64,000 nucleotides of DNA. Origin: Macrostomum lignano. Its lineage: Eukaryota. Shown here piece after piece: positions 12,101-29,843 of this stretch. The notes under the pieces were generated by a model that saw only the letters and a program-made list of their open reading frames with translations, searched no databases and had not been told where the DNA came from. Each line of letters starts with the position of its first letter. Position 1 is the stretch's first letter. Both the position numbers and the translations under genes were made by a program. Location: the NCBI GenBank assembly GCA_002269645.1, contig NIVC01002803.1, positions 62,001-126,000 of the forward strand. The letters are read 5' to 3'.

Positions 12101-14536
12101 AGGGAGAAGCTCCCACAGGGCTGAGATTCCTAATTACATTTTCGCAGCACTCATGACAGTCACGGGTGCAGCAGTTTACAATTGAGCTCCCTGATCCGCT
12201 CTCGCAGGCGACCTGACTTCAGCTTTGACCGTCTCAGTCACCAGCCTGCCAATTCAGAGCTTCGAGGACATGCTGGCTGATGGCAGCCTGACGCCAATAA
12301 TGCCGCGAGGCACCACGATCCACAATGTATTCAGGAGTGCGCAGTCGGGCGTGTACAAGCAGATCACGGACCAGATGCTGCTGGCTGACACCATCCCAGA
12401 CTGTGCTCAGGCGGTGAGCTGTGCGCACTGAAAGCTGCCACCCATGAGGCCCCAGAAATATCGACAATCAGAGAAATTCTCTCCCTAGTTACCCTAGAGA
12501 CCTCTAACCAGGTAGTATCATAAATCATTTATCCCGAACCGCTACCCCATATACACCTTTTACAAGGTATTCGACAAGGGCCTGGTCTGCCTCAGTGACT
12601 ACACCTTTTTGCTAAACGTGGCCAACAACAACTGCGACAAAGTCTACCTGGCCAAGGAGAGGGCCAACGTGGCACCCTGCGGCTTCGCCTACCCGAAGAA
12701 TGCCTACTTCTCTGAGCTGCTGGATGAGCAGTGAGTTGGGTGAATGGGGACTGAGTTTGGTGAATGGGGAATGAGTTGGGTGAATAGAGACTTACTTTAG
12801 TGAATGGGAACTGAGTTGGGTGAATGGGGAGTGAGTTGTGTGAATAGAGACTGACTTTGGTTAATGGAGACTGAGTTGTGTAAATGAAGACTGAGTTGTG
12901 TGAATGGGGAAAAAGTTGTGTGAATGGGGAATGAGTTGTGTGAATGGGGAATGAGTTGTGTGAATGGAGACTGAGTTGTGTGAATGGAGACTGAGTTGTG
13001 TGAATGGGGAAGAGTTAGGTGACTGAGGAGTGAGTTGTGTGAATGGGGAAAGAGTTAGGTGACTGAGGAGTGAGTTGTGTGAATGGGGAGTGAGTTGGTT
13101 GAATAGAGACTGAGTATGGTGAATGGGGAGTGAGTTTGGTGAATGGGAACTGAGTTGTGTGAATAGAGACTGACTTTGGTTAATGGAGACTGAGTTGTGT
13201 AAATGAAGACTGAGTTGTGTGAATGGGGAATAAGTTGTGTGAATAGAGACTGGGTTGTGTGAATGGAGACTGAGTTTTGTGAATGGGGAATGAGTTGTGT
13301 GAATAGAGACTGAGTTTTGTGAATGCGGAATGAGTTGTGTGAATGGGGAATGAGTTGTGTGAATGGAGACTGAGTTGTGTGAATGGAGACTGAGTTGTGT
13401 GAATGGAGACTGAGTTGTGTGAATGGGGAATGAGTTGTGTGAATGGGGAATGAGTTAGGTGACTCAGGAGTGAATTGGGTGAATGAGGATTAAGTTGGGC
13501 GCATCATGCATGGGAAGATACGCGCGAATGGGGATCGTACACAGAGAATGGGATTAAGTTTATTGGATAGAATTAAATAGGTTAGACAAACTTGATAGCT
13601 ACACGAATTTGGGTCCCAATTAGCCACGTACAGACGAGAACACAGCTTTTTTTAACTTTAACAACTTGTTTTGTATCAGGTGTCATTTCACATGGCTTGA
13701 GACGTAACTCTGGGTGTTTCTATCCAGGTTAATTAGCAAGTCCCAACAGTCCTGTTTACTGCACGAGTTAAGCGATTAGTTAATAAATTAAGAAAGTTCA
13801 AGCTTTTCAAGTTGCTAAGATGCCGGGAGCATGAATGGCATAAATTTAGTTTCAAACAGAGCGCTCCCATTCACTAGTTAGAAAGGAAATTTTTTATCTC
13901 TACTTTTTAAAAATTAACATTGGTTTTGAATTACATTTTTTAACTTATGATTTCAAAGACAGAATTTGAGCGCTTGCCACATTATGCTACTATCAGTAGA
14001 GTAAAAGCGAGATTAGGGATTTTATATAAGCGATAATAGGGAAAATCGAGACGGGCCGAGCGGTACCGCAAAAAAATTTTTGAAGGCCTAGATTACCAGG
14101 AAAATTCCTCTATCTACATCTAAATAGAAGCGTATCCCTTTTTACCATTAGGATTTCGACAAACTTCCTCAAAAATTGTGTCCCGGTTGATGATTCGAGA
14201 TATATAGAAAAGCTAAAGACAAGATTGTTTCCAGAATCGAAAAGACTTTAAAATCGATTTCCTACCCCCCCCCCCACCCGAATTAACAGCCTGCGCAACC
14301 TGGACATAATCGGCGCGAACTCGCGACTATTCACCAAATACTTCACGAATGACGCGCCCGACCAATCCTGCTCAGTTGGCATGTCAACAGAGGCTGATAG
14401 CATCAACATGGAAGGCGTGGGCGGCGCCCTGATCATCACTGGTGCATTCTACGTCGCTGGCCTGATCCTACTGGCGTGCGAGCTGGTCTGGACTCGGCTG
14501 CTCAGAAAGACGCCCTTCGATTGCGCTGTGTTCTGA
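3138..14536 (+). CDS. divergent ionotropic glutamate receptor / IR-like ligand-gated channel (5' partial, spliced)
   Basis: Phase-compatible GT-AG exons: 3138-3313 (needs +1 nt near 3265), 4703-4966, 6947/6953-7053, 7125-7218, 8473-8890, 12208-12413, 12567-12730, 14290-14536. Motifs: ATD-like VDAIESVGLAL and HWSTGRLLY; S1 PFV...GLWG...TFTKSASRSRVVDF; M1; pore loop WSCIGSFLQQG; M3 VFWWLFTVIIYGAYTGDLTS; S2; M4 GVGGALIITGAFYVAGLILLACE; stop TGA at 14534-14536. Confidence 0.9.
3402..4585. repeat. 55-bp intronic minisatellite
   Basis: AACTGGCTGCACAGAATGGGGTGGTGGGCTAGGCTATGAGAATCGGGAGAGGTTC, about 21 units with alternating variants. Confidence 0.95.
5005..6888. repeat. 20/25-bp intronic minisatellite (CTGACACCCTACTGATGATT / CTGACACCCTACTGATGTGATGTTC)
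   Basis: About 1.9 kb of mixed 20- and 25-bp units. Confidence 0.95.
7254..7628. repeat. (GAGATT)n hexamer microsatellite
   Basis: Directly visible. Confidence 0.95.
7635..8456. repeat. 11-bp then 12-bp (GAGTCTGGCATA)n minisatellite
   Basis: Directly visible; ends about 15 nt before the acceptor at 8471-8472. Confidence 0.95.
8885..10975. repeat. 28/32-bp minisatellite starting at the exon-intron junction
   Basis: GTGAGTGAAGGGAGCTGACAGCACACCG units from the donor at 8891, switching to 32-bp CCGGAGAATGAGTGA... units from about 9237. Confidence 0.95.
11255..11995. repeat. GA-rich low-complexity repeat
   Basis: Polypurine tract with degenerate units. Confidence 0.85.
12731..13490. repeat. 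20-bp minisatellite (GTGAATGGGGAATGAGTTGT)n starting at a splice donor
   Basis: Begins at the CA|GTGAGT donor (12731). Confidence 0.9.
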
Positions 14537-14553
14537 GGAAATGTATCTCGTTG

Positions 14554-14676
14554 CTAAAAATAGAAACAGGAATTATGACACCAGCGCGTTGCTAAAAATA
14601 GAAACACGGCATTATAGCAAGTGTTTTGCTTAAAAAAGAACCTGACGTCAAGTATGAATCACATTTCTAAAAATAG
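14554..14676. promoter_or_regulatory. cluster of three CTAAAAATAG (MEF2 consensus) sites plus one TGACGTCA (CRE)
   Basis: Exact matches at 14554, 14592 and 14667, and TGACGTCA at 14643. Function is not shown. Confidence 0.3.
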
Positions 14677-15084
14677 AAATAAACGTTTAGCAGAAATAGT
14701 TTCGCTAAATATTAAAAACTGGTGTCAGGCAATAAATATGTCGTGTTTTTTTCTAAAAAAACAAGCTCAGTTAAAAACTTTGCCGCACGTCTATTTATCA
14801 AACGTCTTATGCTTTTTGCCTTCACCAGGGACTACTCAAACACCGGGACGGGAAACTAGGAATTTTTTACGAGGCTCCTGGCAACTGCACACCGTATGCT
14901 AAAGACATCGGTCACTTAGTATTGTAGCAGTACAGCTGGTACATGTAACACAAACTGTTTACTTTGCAACGCAAAAAGCAACTCGTTTTCACTTTGTTGC
15001 TAAATTTAAAAAAAAAAGATATTAAAATATCCGCGTACTACTGCACTATCTCTGGAGAAATTTGCAATCCAGTCTGATGGGCCG

Positions 15085-16126
15085 TAACCAGTAGCGCAAC
15101 CAGAAATTTTTCAAGGGGGGCGGATTCTGAGGGTAAAGTCCCGGGAGGGGGGGCGGCGGAGGGGTGGCTCTGTTTTTGGCGAAAATTCGCTTGGTCCCCC
15201 CTTTGATTTTTTTTCGGTCCCCCGCCTAAGGGGGGGGGCGACCGCCCCCCCCGCCCCCCCCCCCTGGTTGCGCCACTGGCCGTAACAGTAACAGTAATAA
15301 GTAATCCGGCGCCCCAGCCATTGATCAGGCTCTTACGCCACTAGTGAAAACTTAGATTCCAAATAGGGAGTGTACTTATGTACACAAAAAGCCAGGTTAG
15401 ACTATAGAGGACTGTACAAAGGGCAATATCACAAAAACCAAACTTCCCCGGGGGACAGTGACAGCGGTTCGACGAACCAGTCAGGGAGCCCGTGCCCAAA
15501 AACCAGGTTAGAAAGACCCCTTGCCTATTAGGGTTGGCCCGAAGGCCGAGAGCCGTGGCAACCATGCTGGGGCCGACCGCCCACCACCCCCGGGTACAAA
15601 TCGAAAACCTCCCCGGGGCCAGAGGGGGAGTGCGAACCAATCAGGGAAGCCCGTGCCTTCACCGGGTTAGGAAAGCCAAAAAAACCGGTCGTATGACCGC
15701 CCCCACGGCCGTGGCAACCCTCGAGGAACCTCCCCAACTAAACCCCGGGTACTCTTGCCAGACAGTCTCTTATCTTTGAAGCGGCAGGAGGGCTAATCGC
15801 CGGGACTATTTCACCCTTTGCTTCGCCAACCCGCCATTTCTATAGTGACCGTGCCAACGGTCTCGTCCTGCTCAGACTCAGTCCTGGTTCTGGCACACTC
15901 CAGCTTTAATAGGGTCGCTGGCTGTTCGCTCAGAGGGCACTTGAGGGAGACCGTCAATGCACCACTGGAACAGGTATAGGCCTGCCTTCCTATACAGCTA
16001 CCCGCAGCCCTTCCCGATCCACTATTACCCTCCAACCCAGCCTACTCACTCATAACAAGCTTTCAGCCAGGCAGAGACAAGTTTCACAGGGGTACTGCGG
16101 TTAGGCGCCTCTATGCGAGACAGAAC
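15085..16126 (-). mobile_element. non-autonomous or 5'-truncated retroposon with 22-bp flanking direct repeats and a short-repeat tail
   Basis: TGCAATCCAGTCTGATGGGCCG occurs at 15063-15084 and 16127-16148. A tail TAACAGTAACAGTAATAAGTAAT lies at the left end. There are two diverged ~155-bp internal units at about 15440-15750. Confidence 0.6.
15089..15278. mobile_element. 190-bp hAT-type MITE
   Basis: TIRs CAGTAGCGCAACCAG / CTGGTTGCGCCACTG. Perfect 8-bp TSD GCCGTAAC at 15081-15088 and 15279-15286. G/C-run subterminal tracts. Confidence 0.85.
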
Positions 16127-16984
16127 TGCAATCCAGTCTGATGGGCCGCAATAAACACGTTATTATATCGATTCTACCAAATTTTACAATTCGATTGTGA
16201 TAGTTATTTTCTTTTATATGTGGTGCACTACTTGAAGTACCATTGACCAAGAGTTTCACGCGTATAGTAGTCTCTGACGTGCAGGGAGGGTGGCAGTCAC
16301 ACGGACTACTTAAGTAGCAGGACGCGACACGCTCAAGACGTGCGAATTTTATTGGAGGCTGAATATTCAATTTTATGTTGCCCGGCTCCAGAAACTCGCC
16401 GAAGTGTAATTTTCTTCATAGCATGTACATAATTTAGTCCTTGTTCAGGTACGATATAAACGACAATAAGTAGTCCCTGAGGGTATGAAGCACTGTTTGC
16501 TATTTGATTATACAAGCTGCATGATTTTTAATGTATTAGCAAAGTTCTCAATGCATGAGGTACTGTAGCTCTTCACTTAGAATAAGTAATTCCCTGTTGG
16601 ACTGCTGGTCTCCATGCCATTACAACTTCACTATTTTTAGCAGGAACCGTTCCAGCATCATCCAGCATCAGCTTTTGAAAGGTACAGCAAATTTATTAAA
16701 CTAAAAATATTTTTTCACTTTTCGCGGGGAGGCAGCTGACTTATTTTTACATTTTCTAATTGAAATTCTTCACTTGCGTAATTGAAAAATTCGCGCTAAC
16801 TACTTGCAGTAGTAGAGGCTATAAATAAAATCGGATTTTAAAAGAAAACTTTATTGGTGACTGGGACTTTTTAATCATTGTGCTGGTTGGTCTAATTGCG
16901 ATTTTGAGCTGTTATTTTACTAGCAAAATTTGTTTTACTGACTGTTCTAACTTCTCGGAACCCCCGGTGTACCTGAGTGCTTCC

Positions 16985-17205
16985 TCTCCCTCAGCTCTCC
17001 CCTCCCAGTCTCCCTCTCTCCCTTCCCAATCTCCCTCTCTCCCCTCCCAGTCTCGATCCCTCCCTTCTCAGTCTCCCTCTCTCCCTTCCCAGTCTCCCTC
17101 TTTCCCCTCTCAGTCTCCATCTCTCCCTTCTCAGTCTCCCTCTCTCCCCTCTCAGTCTCCCTCTCTCCCCTCTCAGTCTCCCTCTCTCCCTTCCCAGTCT
17201 CTTAG
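16985..17205. repeat. 21-bp CT-rich minisatellite
   Basis: CAGTCTCCCTCTCTCCCTTCC variants. Confidence 0.85.
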
Positions 17206-17734
17206 CACATTCCCCACTGATGCATGGCCCATCCTGACCTTATCCGTCTCAATCCTCATTATCCCAAAGTCCAAGGACAACGGAGTCCATGCCAGTCAGG
17301 CGGTCAGCAGCGGCTACTCAGCAGGCCAGGAGGTGCCGATCCAGAGTTGGCAGGTAAAAAAACAGGCCGCACACACACCTGGCTCACCCTGTCGACTGTC
17401 CTTATAGTTAATTCTATGTTCGTGCATTTCTTCCTGCCCAGAATCTGAGACTGCATCGCTTCGCAGCTTTAAAACGTCATTTCTAACTCAATAGATGCGT
17501 GCTCGCTACTTTAAATACTATCTATTGTGAATTAGCTAGATTTTAATGGCTGTTGTTATTGCAAAACCCTATAGCTTGTAGCTTGTGTCTGCCACAAGTC
17601 ACCGCGTCGCAATGCTGCACTTTATGCTTTACTCAATCTTGCGCTAAAACTATTCGGAATCTTACAGTTTATCTGTCACTCCAGCAACACTGTCACTGCT
17701 ATCACTACCATGGTCTCTATCAAGCCCGCTATCA

Positions 17735-18225
17735 CTCCTGGCTGTCACTCCTGGCTGTCACTCCCGGCTGTCACTCCTTCTGTCACTCCTGGTTGTCACC
17801 CCTTCTGTCACTCCTGTCACTCCTAGCTGTCACTCCTGTCACTCCTAGCTGTCACTCCTGTCACTCCTTCTGTCACTCCTGGTTGTCACTCCTGGCTGTC
17901 ACTCCTGGCTGTCACTCCTGGCTGTCAATCCTGGCTGTCACTCCTGGCTGTCACTCCTGGCTGTCACTCCTGGCTGTCACTCCTGGCTGTCACTCCCGGC
18001 TGTCACTCCTTCTGTCACTCCTGGTTGTCACTCCTGGCTGTCACTCCTGGCTGTCACTCCTGGCTGTCAATCCTGGCTGTCACTCCTGGCTGTCACTCCT
18101 GGCTGTCACTCCTGGCTGTCACTTCTGACTATCACTCCTGACTGTCACTCCTGACTGTCACTCCTGACTGTCACTCCTGGCTATCACTCCTGGCTGTCAC
18201 TCCTGGCTGTCACTCCTGGCTCCTG
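17735..18225. repeat. 13-bp minisatellite (CTGTCACTCCTGG)n
   Basis: Directly visible. Confidence 0.9.
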
Positions 18226-19192
18226 GCCATCATGACTCAATGAGGAAGCCCCTCAAGCTTTGGATTGCGGGTAGCTCTCGTTCGTACTCGACGATTCTAT
18301 TTCGGATTTTTAGCGCCAACTGGTTACACGAAACAAATTTTCCTTCTGCTCTGGCATGCGCGTTGCGTTTTGTTTTAATTTCTAACAGCGTCTTTTTTTG
18401 CTAAGTTTCTTTACTATATTTGCCATGGACAATATTTGCCAAACATACTCAGAGGTCAGAGTACCGTGCTATTTGTTAGCTTGGTACTCTTTGCTTTGCA
18501 CATACTTTAAACTAATTTTATCGTGCGATGGAGCATGATGAAACTCTCATAGTGCCCGCAATTTCAAATGCTAAATCTCGTTGCGGCTTTAATTTTTGTT
18601 CTTTTTGTCTATGGCCCTGACCGTGCCCTGCAAATCCATGAGAGTTGCATCACGCTCTTTATGAGCACTAAAAATAGTGCCCGGAAAAGCGTGCTTCATC
18701 TTCTATGGTATTAATAACTCTCAGAATCCATTTCAACTTGATCTTACTGGACGTGAAAAGACTGGGTATGGAGAGGAGCCTCAACTTTAGCCATAGACAA
18801 TTGGGTATTGAATTGAGAAGCGTCATTGCGAGAGTACCAACGGAACGGCTTGACAGGAATTTGAGGGTACCCCAACAGATGTTTAATCATTAGAGGCTTC
18901 ATCAAATGTAAATTCGAAAATAACTAAGGTCAAATACACTGCAGTGAGCTGAATGCAATTACACTGAAAATGCTCTTTTGATGTAACTAGTTGATTGACA
19001 GCTGTCATTAAATAAAGAGATGTCACTCAGACTCTGCTCTCGTGAATGCAGACAAATCAAACGTTTATCCTCGGAACGGAAACACGTGCCAATCTGATGT
19101 GCATAAATTCGGAACTGCCGACTGCTCAACACAACAATCTCACATTCGACTCAATCTACACAGCTCGAAGACTCGACTCGACTCAAGCAATC

Positions 19193-19381
19193 ATGAAGTG
19201 GCAACTCGCTCTCGGACTTTTGCTGTTCGCAGCCATGGCCGTCGCCATGCCCACCCAAGAAGAGAAGGCCCAGGCCGAACGTGTGCTGGAGGAGACTCTG
19301 TCCAACCTGGACGAGTCCAGCCTGTCGCAGGAGCAGAGCCCGAAGCTGAAGAAGAAGTTCATCCATATTCATTTCGGTTAG
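19193..19381 (+). CDS. small secreted peptide precursor (62 aa): signal peptide, acidic spacer, KKK, FIHIHF-Gly-stop
   Basis: MKWQLALGLLLFAAMAVA-MPTQEEKAQAERVLEETLSNLDESSLSQEQSPKLKKKFIHIHFG*. GC-rich, C/G-ending codons in an AT-rich context; the terminal Gly is an amidation signal. Confidence 0.8.
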   Translation: MKWQLALGLLLFAAMAVAMPTQEEKAQAERVLEETLSNLDESSLSQEQSPKLKKKFIHIHFG

Positions 19382-19964
19382 ATGAGCTCTCCGCTGCATC
19401 TGAGATCGATGTCGCTTCATAGACAATGACTGACCGGATTCTGAACTCTGACTCTTGACCACATTGTTGTTTAGTGTTGAGGGTGAAATTTACACAGCTC
19501 TCTTTGCTGATCAGTTTTACCAAATATAAACAGCAAGCACAATAAGTTTAAGCACTCAGCAATGCTTCGTTAGGTTGAAATTATTTTATTTCTGCAATGC
19601 AACTCAAAAGCGATAAATTGGAGCTTATAATGGTGCAAGCTATTCATTTTAGACAACAATTTTTTTGATAAGTTGGTATTTCAAAGTTTGTTTATTCGAT
19701 AAAGTGCGAATTAAAGCACTGATCAGTTTTTGGCATAGTTTAGCTCATTATTAATGCGATCCTTAAAATTATATACTGGTAACTTCAAAGACTCCTGATA
19801 TTAGGAGCAGAGCTAATTTGTGCTTTATAAGAATGCTAAACAAAATTGTCAACAAATTAGTGAAAATGTCTGTCTAAATCCAACAGATCCCAAGTTAGAC
19901 TTAAAGATATGTCTGTAGTAAGATTTATGATTCTAAGATTGTAATTTAAGATTTAGTTTTAAAT

Positions 19965-20362
19965 GGTGGGGAGGGTGGCAGCCACTGGAGGTGGGGGAGG
20001 GTGGCAGCCACTGAAGGTGGGGAGGGCGGCAGCCACTGGAGGTGGGGAGGGTGGCAGCCACTGGAGGTGGGGAGGGTGGCAGCCACTGGAGGTGGGGAGG
20101 GTGGCAGCCACTGAAGGTGGGGAGGGTGGCAGCCACTGGAGGTGGGGAGGGCGGCAGCCACTGGAGGTGGGGAGGGTGGCAGCCACTGGAGGTGGGGGAG
20201 GGTGGCAGCCACTGGAGGTGGGGAGGGTGGCAGCCACTGGAGGTGGGGAGGGTGGCAGCCACTGGAGGTGGGGAGGGTGGCAGCCACTGAAGGTGGGGAG
20301 GGTGGCAGCCACTGGAGGTGGGGAGGGTGGCAGCCACTGGAGGTGGGGGAAGGTGGCAACTG
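19965..20362. repeat. 25-bp G-rich minisatellite (GGTGGGGAGGGTGGCAGCCACTGGA)n
   Basis: About 16 units. Confidence 0.95.
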
Positions 20363-21034
20363 CAAGGGACGTCTCCGAGTTCTCATAAGTTCATAGAACA
20401 CAGCTGTACTGAAAAGTTCATTTTATTTTTAGGAAATTTCAATAATATTTCACCTGACCGGCCCAGCGCAGGAAAAATTCTATAACAGTGTATTAAAAAT
20501 ATTATTTAGTATATTTCACATCAAAAAAGAATTTATATGCATCAAGTTAGGAAATGATAGTCATTGTCATAAATATTCATGGATAGATCATACAAGTATA
20601 TATATATATAATCGCAGAACACAGAAGACAATAAATAGTAATTAGAGACAAATAGATAACAGTGGCTGCAGATCCATATTCTGTTTGAGTAGTCAGTCAA
20701 TTAGAAAGTTAATTAATGCAAATTTGAAGGCGGTTGTGCAGTCACTCAAACTAGGGCACAACAAGCAGCGTTTTCATACAACTGAGCTGTGATTGTTGAA
20801 AATCAACCTTCTCTTTTTTAAAAATGTTCAAAAAATTAACAAATCATAAGAAATAAGAAATAAAAACGCGAAAATTAAATTCGAATAATATTCCTAGAGA
20901 AGAAACCAAAAAGGGACGACTTTTTCTGAACATTTCTACTTACGGCAGTAGGCTGATACGCAACAACGAAGAAAAATTAATATTAATATCGCGAGAAAAT
21001 TGTTAAAGAAAAAGATTTTTCCGATAATTAATCG

Positions 21035-21082
21035 AGACTGATAATTAATTGATAATTAATTGATAATTAATTGATAATTAAT
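21035..21082. repeat. short 11-bp AT-rich tandem repeat (TGATAATTAAT)n
   Basis: About four copies. Confidence 0.8.
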
Positions 21083-21484
21083 AGAGTAGCTTTTCTGAGA
21101 GGAAATCTACCTGAGCTAATGTTTTTTTGTTAACAATAGATCAAATATTTTGTCTTCCAAGCTGAGTCTGCGTAAATACAAGAGAAAGTAGATAGACCAT
21201 AAAAATCGCAGAAATTGGATACCAAGACACTATTGAAACATATTGTCGTCTCTTGACTGACTGACCTGTGTTCAACTACAGCTAATCATTCAGATAGTAT
21301 CTAGATAGTCTGTTTGCCTGGATTTAAACATATTTTTATGGAACGTTAGAGTGCCGAAAAAGGTGGTCTCTGTATGGCATTGTCTGCTCAATATATTTGT
21401 TAGTCAATATCGGGGGTGGGGGAAGTGATGCATGATTGGTCGAAACTAAAAAGTTTAGTCGAGAGTGCAGTGTATGCCCTACAA

Positions 21485-21722
21485 AGGGGAATCCAGTCCT
21501 CTTAGGGAAATCCCGTAGCTAAGGGAAATCTAGTCCTCTTAGGGAAATCCCGTAGCTAAGGGAAATCTAGTCCTCTTAGGGAAATCCCGTAGCTAAGGGA
21601 AATCCAGTTCTCTTAGGGAAATCCCGTAGCTAAGGGAAATCTAGTCCTCTTAGGGAAATCCCATCGCCAAGGGAAATCCCATCGCCAAGGGAAATCCCGT
21701 ATTCAAGGGAAATCCCGTATCC
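21485..21722. repeat. 37/18-bp minisatellite containing 8 GGGAAATCCC motifs
   Basis: GGGAAATCCC at 21505, 21542, 21579, 21616, 21653, 21671, 21689 and 21707. Confidence 0.9.
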
Positions 21723-21891
21723 AAGTGAAACCGTTGGTTCAGGAAAGGTCAAATTTAAAAGCAGACAGAGACCATACTGTCATTGAGAAGAATCTCCTGC
21801 CATATTAAAAAAGTAAGTTTAGCAAGCAGAAATACAAAGCTGAAAATTGAATTCAGTTTAACTTAAACAAAAATTTGTCCCAGCCGCAGCC

Positions 21892-29032
<7,141 letters not shown>

Positions 29033-29645
29033 GTTAGTTTTCACCACCATTTCTCCGTCCATTTTTTATTTATTTTCACGCCAAATACATGTATTTATAC
29101 AATTATTGCAAGTTTGCATATAATATTCCTCCTTATTTTCAGGTTCGAACTTTACAGGTGGTGAAATAAACAGACTGGTGTGACGTAAACCAGGCTCATT
29201 AATACAGAATGTCCTATCTAACAGATTTTCTGACTTAGACGAATCACTTAAAATTTATGTACAAGAATTAGTTTATTGATAAGCCCGATGTATACTTAAT
29301 TTTGATTATGTAGTATGTATATATTCAGGAAAGGAATTAGGCAGGATAAAAACATCAAGTTGGAATTGATTTTCAGCGTGCAACTTGTAAGGAGATTTGC
29401 TTGCACAAATCTGCTGGCATACGGTCGTATTCTATTTAGATTCACTGCTCATGTGAGAGTCTACTTTAGATGTTAATGTCCTCCTAGATCTCTTACAAGG
29501 TAGTGTTGCAGTACGAGCGTATTTAAAATGTACTACTTTGATACCAGCTGCAGCTTTAATTGTTTGCTTCGTAAACATCATTATCTTATTGAAACTGCTC
29601 TTGGCATCGAGCGTCACGTGGCAGAGGTCCCAGGCCCAGTGCGCA

Positions 29646-29712
29646 TCAGCCCATTCTGAAATGACGAAATTTGCAGTGGATTCCTCAGACATTACAGTGT
29701 ATGTACAGAATC

Positions 29713-29749
<37 letters not shown>

Positions 29750-29750
29750 G

Positions 29751-29843
<93 letters not shown>

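Noticed and set aside
15063-16150. Hammerhead ribozyme or retrozyme at CTGATGGGCC
   Set aside because: The core is CUGAUGG rather than CUGANGA, and no matching GAAA or stem II follows; the motif is better explained as a TSD.
16630-17353. Possible small exons (16631-16681; 17271-17353, SKDNGVHASQ...QSWQ)
   Set aside because: Splice-like signals are present, but there is no recognisable product or partner exons; they may be UTR exons.
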